This document shows positions 30,457 to 38,103 of a stretch of 38,103 nucleotides of DNA, in pieces. Numbering within the stretch: the first letter of the stretch is position 1; each line of letters begins with the position of its first letter. The translations under genes and the position numbers were made by a program. The DNA comes from Leptospiraceae bacterium. Its GTDB lineage: Bacteria; Spirochaetota; Leptospiria; Leptospirales; Leptospiraceae. The stretch covers positions 1-38,103 of the forward strand of contig JAGOHK010000041.1 in NCBI GenBank assembly GCA_017996175.1, given 5' to 3'. Below the pieces are notes generated by a model. The model was given only the letters and a program-made list of their open reading frames with translations, made no database searches and had not been told where the DNA came from.

Positions 30457-30530
30457 GGGACTGCACGGATTGGGCTTAATTGAAAAAAGTAAATCTGTGG
30501 AATCTATACAATCAGTGGTCAAAAAGAGAT
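30440..30530 (+). repeat. Direct repeat copy C: third copy of hsdS 5-prime segment immediately after hsdS stop
   Basis: ggggactgcacggattgggcttaattgaaaaaagtaaatctgtggaatc... is ~86% identical to copy A at 28766-28830; coordinates approximate. Confidence 0.65.
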
Positions 30531-30581
30531 TGAATTTAATTATAGGGATTGATAGAATAGTTTGTAAGCGAGGAAATAGAA

Positions 30582-30791
30582 ATGAGTGAACTCGAATTAA
30601 AATTTAATAGTTTAAATTTCAATGAGCAAAGGATAATTTTAGATATGGTGAATCTTTTAATTCTTAGAAAAAATCCTAGCAAGCTCTCGGAATATAAGAA
30701 AAAAATACTCACAATTTCTACTTGGTCTGAGGATGACCTAAAAGTATTTGAAGAAAATAAAATTGTTAATTGGAATGTGCCTTCATGGTAA
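30582..30791 (+). CDS. Putative antitoxin of VapBC-like pair
   Basis: 69 aa ORF whose stop overlaps (ATGGTAA) the start of a PIN-domain gene. Confidence 0.5.
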   Translation: MSELELKFNSLNFNEQRIILDMVNLLILRKNPSKLSEYKKKILTISTWSEDDLKVFEENKIVNWNVPSW

Positions 30792-31162
30792 TTGATACTA
30801 ATATTTTCATTGAATATCTTCGTGCTACGAAAAAAAATGATACCACATTACAACGATTACCCGATGAGTCTGATTGGTATGTATCAAGTATAACAATTTA
30901 TGAATTATTCATGGGTGCTAATACAGTAAAGAAAAAAGAAGAAATTAAAGTTTTAACCAGTGATTTAATTTTGCTTCCTTTCAATTATGACACAGCAATG
31001 AAGTCCGCAGAAATTTATAACGATTTAAAGTCAAAAAATCAGATTATTGAGTTTAGAGACATTTTTATTGGAGCAACTGCAATTTTAAACCATTTACCAG
31101 TATTAACTCTAAACCGTAAACATTTCGAAAGAATAGATGGAATCAAAATATATGAAAACTAA
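30785..31162 (+). CDS. PIN-domain toxin (VapC-like)
   Basis: MVIDTNIFIEYL... with the conserved acidic residues of PIN domains (D4, E43 region YELFMG, D95-like DIFIGATA); ATG 30785. Confidence 0.75.
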   Translation: MVIDTNIFIEYLRATKKNDTTLQRLPDESDWYVSSITIYELFMGANTVKKKEEIKVLTSDLILLPFNYDTAMKSAEIYNDLKSKNQIIEFRDIFIGATAILNHLPVLTLNRKHFERIDGIKIYEN

Positions 31163-31227
31163 AAATTTTGATACAATCACAATGAAACGAAAAGCACAGG
31201 AAAAAATAATATAGTAAGTGAGGAAAT

Positions 31228-31494
31228 ATGATAACCGCTCAAATGGAACCAATGAATATAGAAGCAAAAAAAATTGAATTAATTTCTAAAATTACTCGAT
31301 TGATTGATTACTCAATTCTGCTTGAGTTAGAAAAGATTTTGTATTTATCCGAGCAGGAAACCGAGGAGTGGGATACTCTAACAAACTTGGAAAAGGAAAA
31401 AATTGAAAAAGGATTAGATAGTATAAAACAAGGAAAAGTCATTTCCCATGCTACAGCTAAACAAAAAATAGATCAATTTATAAAAGAGTTATGA
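31228..31494 (+). CDS. Putative antitoxin (addiction-module component) of RelE/ParE pair
   Basis: 88 aa helical protein directly upstream (1-nt gap) of a RelE/ParE-like toxin. Confidence 0.5.
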   Translation: MITAQMEPMNIEAKKIELISKITRLIDYSILLELEKILYLSEQETEEWDTLTNLEKEKIEKGLDSIKQGKVISHATAKQKIDQFIKEL

Positions 31495-31495
31495 A

Positions 31496-31813
31496 ATGTC
31501 TTATGAAGTAAAATGGTCAGACGATGCTCTTTTAGATTTTCAAGAAATTTTACGGTATCTACATGACAATTGGGGAACTAATTCTGTTATAAAATTTCAA
31601 ACAAAAGTTGAAAAAGAAATTGATACAATTTCTGAAATGCCTGGAATATTTCCTTTTATAAATAAATTAAAACGGATTCGCCGATGTGTTCTTGTAAAAC
31701 AAGTCTCTCTGTATTATATGGAACTAGAAATTGAAAGAGAAATATATATTATCCGCTTTTTGGATAATCGACAGGATCCAAAGATGATTCAGGAAGAATT
31801 AAATAAATATTAA
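31496..31813 (+). CDS. RelE/ParE-family toxin
   Basis: 105 aa; MSYEVKWSDDALLDFQEI...RRCVLVKQVSLYYMELEIEREIYIIRFLDNRQDP follows the RelE/ParE pattern (W...A..D......R..YR....I.I......R). Confidence 0.7.
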   Translation: MSYEVKWSDDALLDFQEILRYLHDNWGTNSVIKFQTKVEKEIDTISEMPGIFPFINKLKRIRRCVLVKQVSLYYMELEIEREIYIIRFLDNRQDPKMIQEELNKY

Positions 31814-32542
31814 TGACTAAACCAACTAAAAAATTTACAACCCAAGCAAGCCTTGACTCACATATTTGGGCGGCGTGTGATATTTTGCGTCGTTCCAATT
31901 GTGCGGGTGCTTTGCAGTATGTGCCGGAACTAACATGGCTTTTATTTTTACGCATCCTTGACATTAAGGAAGAAAGAGAAGCAGAAGTAGCCGCTACTCT
32001 AAGTAAACCATACCAATTTTCCTTGGAAGAACCTTATCGCTGGAAAGACTGGGCGGCTCCCTTTGATAAAAAAGAATTAGAGAAAAATCCTAAAGCACAA
32101 GGTAACAAGCGTTATACGCTCACAGAAAAAAGTAGTTCTGGAACGTATTTTCAATTTGTAAACCAAGACTTACTTCCCTATCTTAAAAAGCTTAGAGATA
32201 AACCAAATGCAACTTCTCGCCAAAAAGTAATTAGCGAAATGGTTGCGAGTGTAGATAGAACAAAAGTGGACTCCGAAAAAAACTGCAAAGCTAGAAGCGG
32301 ATACTTTACGTAAGTCGGCAAAGGTGATTCAAGATACAAATCCAATTTTGGACAAAAAACAAGAAGAGGAAGTCAAAGACCTTCTAAAAAAAGCTTCCGC
32401 GATAGAAGATTCAGTCTATGATTTAAAGGCGGTCAATCCAAATCGAAAATCAGAAGAAGACAATCGAACTCCGAAAGAGCTAATTGACTTTATACAAAAG
32501 AAAGACACGGAAATAAGCAAACTACTTGCTAGCCTTTCCTAA
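31813..32542 (+). pseudogene. hsdM: hsdM remnant: N-terminal domain (166 codons) fused out of frame to a C-terminal coiled-coil tail; catalytic MTase domain deleted
   Basis: 31813-32313 encodes an HsdM_N-like domain (TQASLDSHIWAACDILRR...YLKKLRDKPNATSRQKVISEMVASVDRTKV) then stops; the downstream frame (KTAKLEADTLRK...PKELIDFIQKKDTEISKLLASLS) resembles an HsdM C-terminal helix; no FxGxG or NPPF/Y motifs anywhere. Confidence 0.65.
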
Positions 32543-32552
32543 CACTCCAAAA

Positions 32553-32573
32553 AAGCCTTTACAATAAAGGCTT
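32553..32573. terminator. 8-bp perfect hairpin (aagccttt-acaat-aaaggctt) flanked by an A-run upstream
   Basis: Seen directly; on the minus strand it reads hairpin + TTTTTT. Weak downstream T-run on the plus strand, so its role as the hsdM-remnant terminator is uncertain. Confidence 0.3.
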
Positions 32574-32645
32574 ATCTACAATTTACTAAAAGCATAGATA
32601 TAATTAATAAAAAATAAAATTAACGTAAAGTCAAAATAATATTTT

Positions 32646-32685
32646 ATCGGTGTCCATCGGTGTCCATCGGTGTCCATCGGTGGTA
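32646..32685 (+). repeat. 10-bp tandem repeat (atcggtgtcc) x3.7 in the ilvD 5-prime region
   Basis: atcggtgtcc atcggtgtcc atcggtgtcc atcggtgg, 28-67 nt upstream of ilvD ATG. Confidence 0.85.
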
Positions 32686-32712
32686 ATCTTTTAAAGACTC
32701 AGAGGAAAAACA

Positions 32713-34395
32713 ATGGCAGAAAATTTAAAACGCAGAAGCAGTATGACAACCAGTGGAGATATGAGAGCGCCTAACCGTGCTATGCTTAGAGCAGTGGGAT
32801 TTATAGACGAAGACTTTGAAAAACCAATGATTGGAGTTGCATCCACTTGGTCTGAGATTACACCTTGTAATTCGCATATCAACAAACTTGCCGAAAAAGT
32901 CAAAGAAGGAATTCGCCGTGCAGGGGGAATGCCTCAAATCTTTAATACGATTACTGTATCCGATGGAATTTCTATGGGTCACGAAGGGATGCATTATTCC
33001 TTACCTTCACGTGAAGTAATTGCGGACTCGATAGAAGTGGTAACTAACGCAATGCGTTTTGATGGAGTGGTGGCAATCGGTGGTTGTGATAAAAATATGC
33101 CAGGTTGTCTCATGGCTCTTGCTAGACTTGATATTCCTTCGCTATTCGTTTATGGTGGCTCGATTATGCCTGGAACTTGTGATGGGCATGATGTTGATAT
33201 CGTTTCTGTATTTGAAGCAGTTGGAAAATTTAACGCGGGAACGATTACACGAGAAGAATTTCTTCGCGTAGAGCAAACCGCAATTCCAGGCGCGGGAAGC
33301 TGTGGTGGAATGTATACAGCTAACACAATGTCATCCGCTATTGAAGCACTTGGGATGAGTTTACCTGGTTCTGCCTCTATGCCTGCGGTTAGTGCGCGTA
33401 AGGCGAACGATTGTTATGAAGCAGGAATTGCCATCCAAGAGTTAATCAAAAAAAATATCACTCCCAAAATGATTCTCACCAAAAAAGCATTTGAAAATGC
33501 TATTCGTGTTGTTCTAGTCCTCGGTGGTTCAACAAACGCGGTACTTCATTTAATCGCTATCGCTAAAGAAATGGGCGTTGGTCTGACCATCGAAGATTTC
33601 GACCGGATAAGTAAGATTACCCCACACTTGGCAGATTTAAAACCAGGTGGAAAGTATGCAATGTTTGATTTAGATAAAGTGGGTGGCGTTCATGGTGTGA
33701 TGAAACAGATGTTAGCCGATGGAATGCTCCACGGAGATTGTTTGACTGTAACTGGTAAAACCGTTGCCGAAAACCTAAAAGACATGCCTAGTCTTGCTAA
33801 AGATCAAATCATCGTTCGTTCTAAAGACAAACCACTCTTTGCCTCAGGTCCACTTGTGATTCTAAAAGGAAACCTTGCTCCTGATGGGGCTGTAGCAAAA
33901 ATTTCTGGTTTACATAAATTTGATATTACTGGTCCAGCAAAAGTATTTGATTCAGAAGATGCTTGTTTTGAAGCAATCATGGCTGACAAAATCAAAAAGG
34001 GAGATGTGATCATTATCCGCTACGAAGGTCCAAAGGGTGGTCCCGGAATGCGCGAAATGCTTGCTGTAACTGCCGCTATCATCGGAAAAGGTCTCGGCGA
34101 AGATGTGGGGCTAATGACAGATGGTCGCTTTAGTGGTGGAACTCATGGTCTTGTAGTCGGTCATATTACCCCAGAAGCATTTGATGGTGGTCCGATTGCC
34201 ATTGTCCAAGAGGGCGACACTGTAACGATAGACGCAAACAAGAACCTTCTCGAAATAAAACTTTCCGCCGAAGAAATTGCTACTCGTTTAAAAGCTTGGA
34301 AAAAACCAGAACCTCGTTACAAGTCGGGGGTTTTAGCTAAGTATGCGCATCTTGTTCAATCTGCATCAAACGGGGCAATTACGAATTTGCTTTAA
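32713..34395 (+). CDS. ilvD: Dihydroxy-acid dehydratase
   Basis: 560 aa; ILVD/EDD signatures [18 protein letters not shown], Fe-S ligands, GGPIAIV near C-terminus. Confidence 0.9.
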   Translation: MAENLKRRSSMTTSGDMRAPNRAMLRAVGFIDEDFEKPMIGVASTWSEITPCNSHINKLAEKVKEGIRRAGGMPQIFNTITVSDGISMGHEGMHYSLPSREVIADSIEVVTNAMRFDGVVAIGGCDKNMPGCLMALARLDIPSLFVYGGSIMPGTCDGHDVDIVSVFEAVGKFNAGTITREEFLRVEQTAIPGAGSCGGMYTANTMSSAIEALGMSLPGSASMPAVSARKANDCYEAGIAIQELIKKNITPKMILTKKAFENAIRVVLVLGGSTNAVLHLIAIAKEMGVGLTIEDFDRISKITPHLADLKPGGKYAMFDLDKVGGVHGVMKQMLADGMLHGDCLTVTGKTVAENLKDMPSLAKDQIIVRSKDKPLFASGPLVILKGNLAPDGAVAKISGLHKFDITGPAKVFDSEDACFEAIMADKIKKGDVIIIRYEGPKGGPGMREMLAVTAAIIGKGLGEDVGLMTDGRFSGGTHGLVVGHITPEAFDGGPIAIVQEGDTVTIDANKNLLEIKLSAEEIATRLKAWKKPEPRYKSGVLAKYAHLVQSASNGAITNLL

Positions 34396-34552
34396 CTGAT
34401 AGGGACTTGTAAAAAGATATTTTTTACCGCGAAGAGCACGAAGAACTCGAAGAAAAACTCGAAATTTCCTAGGAAGTTTTAACATTCGTGAACTTCGGTG
34501 CGCTTCCTGGTTCATTAAATTCTTTGCTTTTACACAGTATCACTAAGGGGGA

Positions 34553-37300
34553 TTAAACCGCTGCCTTACATCTCTCACAAAGTCCACCTTTGTGGATATC
34601 GCGTGTATGCCTCCAGCAGCGTGGGCATTCAGGATTAGCCGGTAGAGTGACTTCGATCAAAAATTCTTCGTTCTCGGCGGAACTTAACAATGTATGTTCA
34701 ACAGAATTACCAATCGGTTCAAATTCTACTTGCGAAACTACATAGAACAATTCAAAGTCTTCACGGGAAAAAAGTTTTTCCAAGATAGAAGAATTTTTAT
34801 AACTCACAAATAGTTTTGCTTCGAGTGATTTACCGATTTTACCGTTTTGACGGGCGTTTTCGAGTGCTTTTTGCACTAGCTCTTTTGTCTCGAATACCTT
34901 TTCGAATTTCGTGATTAAGACTTCGTTTTTGTAAGCACTTAGGTCAGGAAATTTTTCTAAGAACACAGAAGTTTTTTTGCCATAACTTTCCCAAACTTCC
35001 TCTGCTGTAAAACTTAATACAGGTGCGAGTAAGACTACAAGCGATTCGAGGATAACGGCTAATGCAGTGCAAGAAGAGCGTCTGGTTTTAGAGTCACGTC
35101 TATCGCAATACATTCTATCGCGGATGATTTCAAAGTAATCTTGGGATAATTCACTTACACAAAATTTTAATACCTTTTGGTAAATCTGATGGAATTGAAA
35201 TGTCTCGTATGATTGTTTCAATTCCTCGGAAAGATTGTAAAGCTGTGCCAGATAGTATTGGTCGATTTCTTCCATTTCGGGATAAGGAACAGTATCCGCA
35301 GTTGTATGACCAGCAAGATTTCCAAGTAGATAACGGAAGGTATTTCGAATCTTGCGATACTGCTCACTTACATTTTTGATGCTTTCTTTTCCAATCTTCA
35401 CATCATCTCTAAAGTCCTGCGAAGAAACCCAGAGACGCAAAATATCAGCACCATAGACGTTGATGATGTCCGTTGTAGGATTAACGACATTACCCAATGA
35501 CTTAGACATAGCATGACCTTTTTCATCTAGCACATAACCATGAGTAAGCACAGTTTTAAAAGGCGGAATACCGCGCAGTGCCATCGAAGGCCAAAGACTT
35601 GATTGAAACCAACCTCTATGTTGATCCGAGCCTTCTAAATAAAGATCAGCCGGAGATTCACCTTTGTAATCAAGCACAGCAAAGTTAGAAACACCAGAAT
35701 CAAACCAAACATCTAAAATATCATTTTCTTTGATTACATCTTTCACATCTCCAAACGGCAATTTAATGTTAGGCGGAAGTAAGTCTTTTGGCTCACGAGT
35801 GTACCAAACTTCGATACCTTCTTTTTTTACGATGTCCACAAAGTATTTTACAGTTTCGGGAGTCATAAAAGTTTCGCCGTTTGCTAGTCTAAATGCAGGA
35901 ATTGGAACTCCCCAATTTCTTTGGCGAGACAAACACCAATCAGGGCGATTTTCTACCATAGAGCGGATACGGGTGATTCCCCAATCGGGAACCCATTTTA
36001 CTTTGTCGATTGCGTCGAGAGAATTTTTTCGTAAATCCTTTTCGTCGATTTTAAAAAACCACTGGGGAGTAGCACGGAAAATCAAAGGCTTTTTACTTCT
36101 CCAGCTATGTGGATATTGATGCTCGAAGGTTGAGTAATGCACTAACGCATTTTTTTCTTTCAATAGTTCCACAATCTTTGGATTTGCTTCAAATACTTGC
36201 ACACCTTCCATGAGCGCAAACTCATGCGTATACTTTCCACGATCGTCTACAGGGCTATACGGTTCAAGTCCAGCGGCGATTCCCACTCTATAGTCATCCG
36301 TCCCATGACCCGGTGCTGTGTGAACACAACCAGTTCCCGCTTCTAGAGTAACATGATTTCCGAAAAGAGGAATCGAAATTCTGTCGATAAAAGGATGTTG
36401 GAATTTTAGTTTAGATAATTCATCTGAAGAAATAGATTTTACTTTTTCTAATTTGATTTCACATTTTGCCTCTACAGATTCTTTTAGTCCATCGGCTAAT
36501 ATGAGTTTGCCATGAGACTCGGAGGAATACACGGAGTATTCGATGTCTTTGTTAAAACAAATTGCTAAGTTTGCTGGAAGAGTCCAAGGAGTAGTTGTCC
36601 AAATGAGGCAACTTGTATTAGCCTCTCCAATCACTGGAAATTTTACATAGATAGAAGGAGAAGTATGGTTCGCATACTCTATCTCTGCCTCAGCATGGGC
36701 AGTCCCAAGCGCAATACACCAATATACCGGTTTTTTACCTTTGTAAACATAACCATTACTAAATAAATCTCCGAAGACTTCGATGATCTTTGCTTCGTAG
36801 TCTGGGCTCATGGTGAGATACTTTCTGTCTTCATCAAAGAAACAAAGGAATCGACTTAAGTCTTCGCTTTGTTTGCCCACGTATTCATTTGCGTATTCAC
36901 GGCATTTTTTTCTAAGCTCGGTCGGACTTGTGTTGGGAGCGTCCTTGCCTAAATTTTTTAAAACTTGGACTTCAATCGGAAGACCATGACAATCCCAACC
37001 TGGAATAATATCTGTATGAAAGCCGGCGAGGTGTTTTGATTTTACAATGATGTCTTTTAGAATTTTATTTAACGAGTGTCCCACATGGAAATTTCCATTT
37101 GCATACGGAGGTCCGTCGTGCAGCACATACGTCTTAGCCGCAGAGCGAGACTCTCGCATCTTGGTAAAAAGTTTTTCTTGTTTCCATTTAGCGATTGTAG
37201 CTTGCTCTCTTTTGGAAAGATCCGCTTTCATCGGGAATTCTGTCGTCGGTAAAATAACTGTTTTTGAGTAAGGGTTTTCTTGTTTCTTATCTTCTTTCAT
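34553..37300 (-). CDS. ileS: Isoleucine--tRNA ligase
   Basis: 915 aa; class I HIGH motif ([16 protein letters not shown]), KMSKS motif, editing domain, C-terminal Zn finger CPRCWRH...CERC. Confidence 0.9.
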   Translation of the reverse strand: MKEDKKQENPYSKTVILPTTEFPMKADLSKREQATIAKWKQEKLFTKMRESRSAAKTYVLHDGPPYANGNFHVGHSLNKILKDIIVKSKHLAGFHTDIIPGWDCHGLPIEVQVLKNLGKDAPNTSPTELRKKCREYANEYVGKQSEDLSRFLCFFDEDRKYLTMSPDYEAKIIEVFGDLFSNGYVYKGKKPVYWCIALGTAHAEAEIEYANHTSPSIYVKFPVIGEANTSCLIWTTTPWTLPANLAICFNKDIEYSVYSSESHGKLILADGLKESVEAKCEIKLEKVKSISSDELSKLKFQHPFIDRISIPLFGNHVTLEAGTGCVHTAPGHGTDDYRVGIAAGLEPYSPVDDRGKYTHEFALMEGVQVFEANPKIVELLKEKNALVHYSTFEHQYPHSWRSKKPLIFRATPQWFFKIDEKDLRKNSLDAIDKVKWVPDWGITRIRSMVENRPDWCLSRQRNWGVPIPAFRLANGETFMTPETVKYFVDIVKKEGIEVWYTREPKDLLPPNIKLPFGDVKDVIKENDILDVWFDSGVSNFAVLDYKGESPADLYLEGSDQHRGWFQSSLWPSMALRGIPPFKTVLTHGYVLDEKGHAMSKSLGNVVNPTTDIINVYGADILRLWVSSQDFRDDVKIGKESIKNVSEQYRKIRNTFRYLLGNLAGHTTADTVPYPEMEEIDQYYLAQLYNLSEELKQSYETFQFHQIYQKVLKFCVSELSQDYFEIIRDRMYCDRRDSKTRRSSCTALAVILESLVVLLAPVLSFTAEEVWESYGKKTSVFLEKFPDLSAYKNEVLITKFEKVFETKELVQKALENARQNGKIGKSLEAKLFVSYKNSSILEKLFSREDFELFYVVSQVEFEPIGNSVEHTLLSSAENEEFLIEVTLPANPECPRCWRHTRDIHKGGLCERCKAAV

Positions 37301-37564
37301 ACACCTGTCATTTTTTTTAAATAGGGAAATATTTCTATTGGAAAATTAAGCAAGAATTACCAGGCGAAGGTCGCGAATCCTTGGAGCGAAGGGTGGAATA
37401 AACACAGATAATTGCCCTGAGCCGGACCGAAGGGAAAAATATGATATGCTTGATAGAATGTCAATTCGGGTTCAATTGCTCTGTGAAGGTATTTTTTTAT
37501 CAAGATTCATTTACTCCAATGGAACATAAGCTGAAAGTAATTCCAGAAAAGGGAAAGGTTATTT

Positions 37565-37801
37565 ATGGCAGAAAAATCGCCTAAATGGAAAAAGTGGATT
37601 TTATATTCCGAAGAAGATTTACTTAGCGCAGAAACCTTATTATCCATCGAAAATACTTTTCCTAGAAACGTATGCTATTTGAGTAAACAATCAATTGAAA
37701 AAGCTCTAAAAGCTATATTCATATTTCTGAATATGTCTTTTGCAAAAATTCATGATTTAGAAGCGATATACGCCAAGCTTCCGATCTTGCGTAACGATTA
37801 A
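37565..37801 (+). CDS. HEPN-domain protein (short, possibly truncated)
   Basis: SEEDLLSAETLLSIENTFPRNVCYLSKQSIEKALKAIFIF...IHDLEAI matches the HEPN pattern (A..LL....Y..A.F.AQQA.EKALKA......H.L); only 78 aa. Confidence 0.5.
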   Translation: MAEKSPKWKKWILYSEEDLLSAETLLSIENTFPRNVCYLSKQSIEKALKAIFIFLNMSFAKIHDLEAIYAKLPILRND

Positions 37802-37828
37802 ATTGAATCAGTATATATCAGTTATGCG

Positions 37829-38103
37829 TCAGACTTTTTCATAAAAACAAATTCCTACTCTTTGGATATGATCGAGTAGATCAGAATTATTTATTTGATG
37901 GTAAATCGAAATATCAAATTTATAGGGTAAAAATAAATCATCCAATTTTAAAAGAATTTGATTTAGAATAGTTAGGTTCAATACTTTTCCTTTAAGAGTA
38001 ATATCAATATCAGAGCCATTTTTAAAATTTCCTTTTGCTCGTGAACCATAGATAATCGCCTTTTCTATTTCTGGAACTGTAGCGAATACGCTTTGTATGT
38101 CGG
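37829..38103 (-). CDS. Nucleotidyltransferase (MNT-type, Pol-beta superfamily) domain protein, 3-prime part; gene continues beyond window end
   Basis: My minus-strand translation gives ...EIEKAIIYGSRAKGNFKNGSDIDITLKGKVLNLTILNQILLKLDDLFLPYKFDISIYHQ...YEKV*, with the GSxxxG...DxD motif; stop at 37829-37831. Confidence 0.6.
   Translation of the reverse strand, partial: DIQSVFATVPEIEKAIIYGSRAKGNFKNGSDIDITLKGKVLNLTILNQILLKLDDLFLPYKFDISIYHQINNSDLLDHIQRVGICFYEKV

Noticed and set aside
28737-30530. Interpretation of the hsdS repeats as a phase-variable inverting shufflon
   Set aside because: All three copies are in direct orientation and no adjacent recombinase gene is visible; kept as a cassette-insertion/deletion hotspot instead
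37381-37400. T-box-like AGGGTGGAA sequence near the ileS leader
   Set aside because: It is on the plus strand, antisense to ileS; the full T-box consensus (AGGGUGGNACCGCG) is absent and no specifier-loop architecture is evident

Overview
Low-GC bacterial chromosome segment, most likely from a Leptospira-like spirochaete. The basis is the yidC-jag-mnmE synteny, two DUF1564-family paralogs (a family essentially restricted to Leptospira), numerous 7TM/HAMP/PP2C signalling proteins and AT-rich codon usage. The left third (1-8 kb) is housekeeping: yidC, jag, mnmE, malic enzyme, clpS, a small membrane desaturase-like protein, a RelE/ParE toxin-antitoxin pair and a HIBADH-family dehydrogenase. The middle carries a hybrid MASE1-PAS histidine kinase and an 833-aa protein with clear similarity to the eukaryotic major vault protein (MVP repeats, SPFH-like shoulder, coiled-coil cap). 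It also carries an inverted pair of DUF1564 genes flanking two secreted/outer-membrane protein genes, an SDR oxidoreductase, a lipoprotein and a Uma2 endonuclease. The right third (22-32.5 kb) is an accessory, defence-island-like region. It holds a 7TM-HAMP-PP2C-TPR phosphatase translationally coupled to an unknown 313-aa protein and to an EcoEI-family hsdR. These are followed by a GxxExxY gene, an intact hsdS, a VapBC-like and a RelE/ParE-like TA pair, and an hsdM reduced to N- and C-terminal remnants. A ~100-bp segment matching the 5-prime end of hsdS occurs three times as direct repeats in this region. The window ends with ilvD, ileS (convergent) and a convergent HEPN / nucleotidyltransferase pair. 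All coordinates are from the supplied ORF track or counted by eye from the printed sequence; self-derived positions may be off by 1-2 nt.
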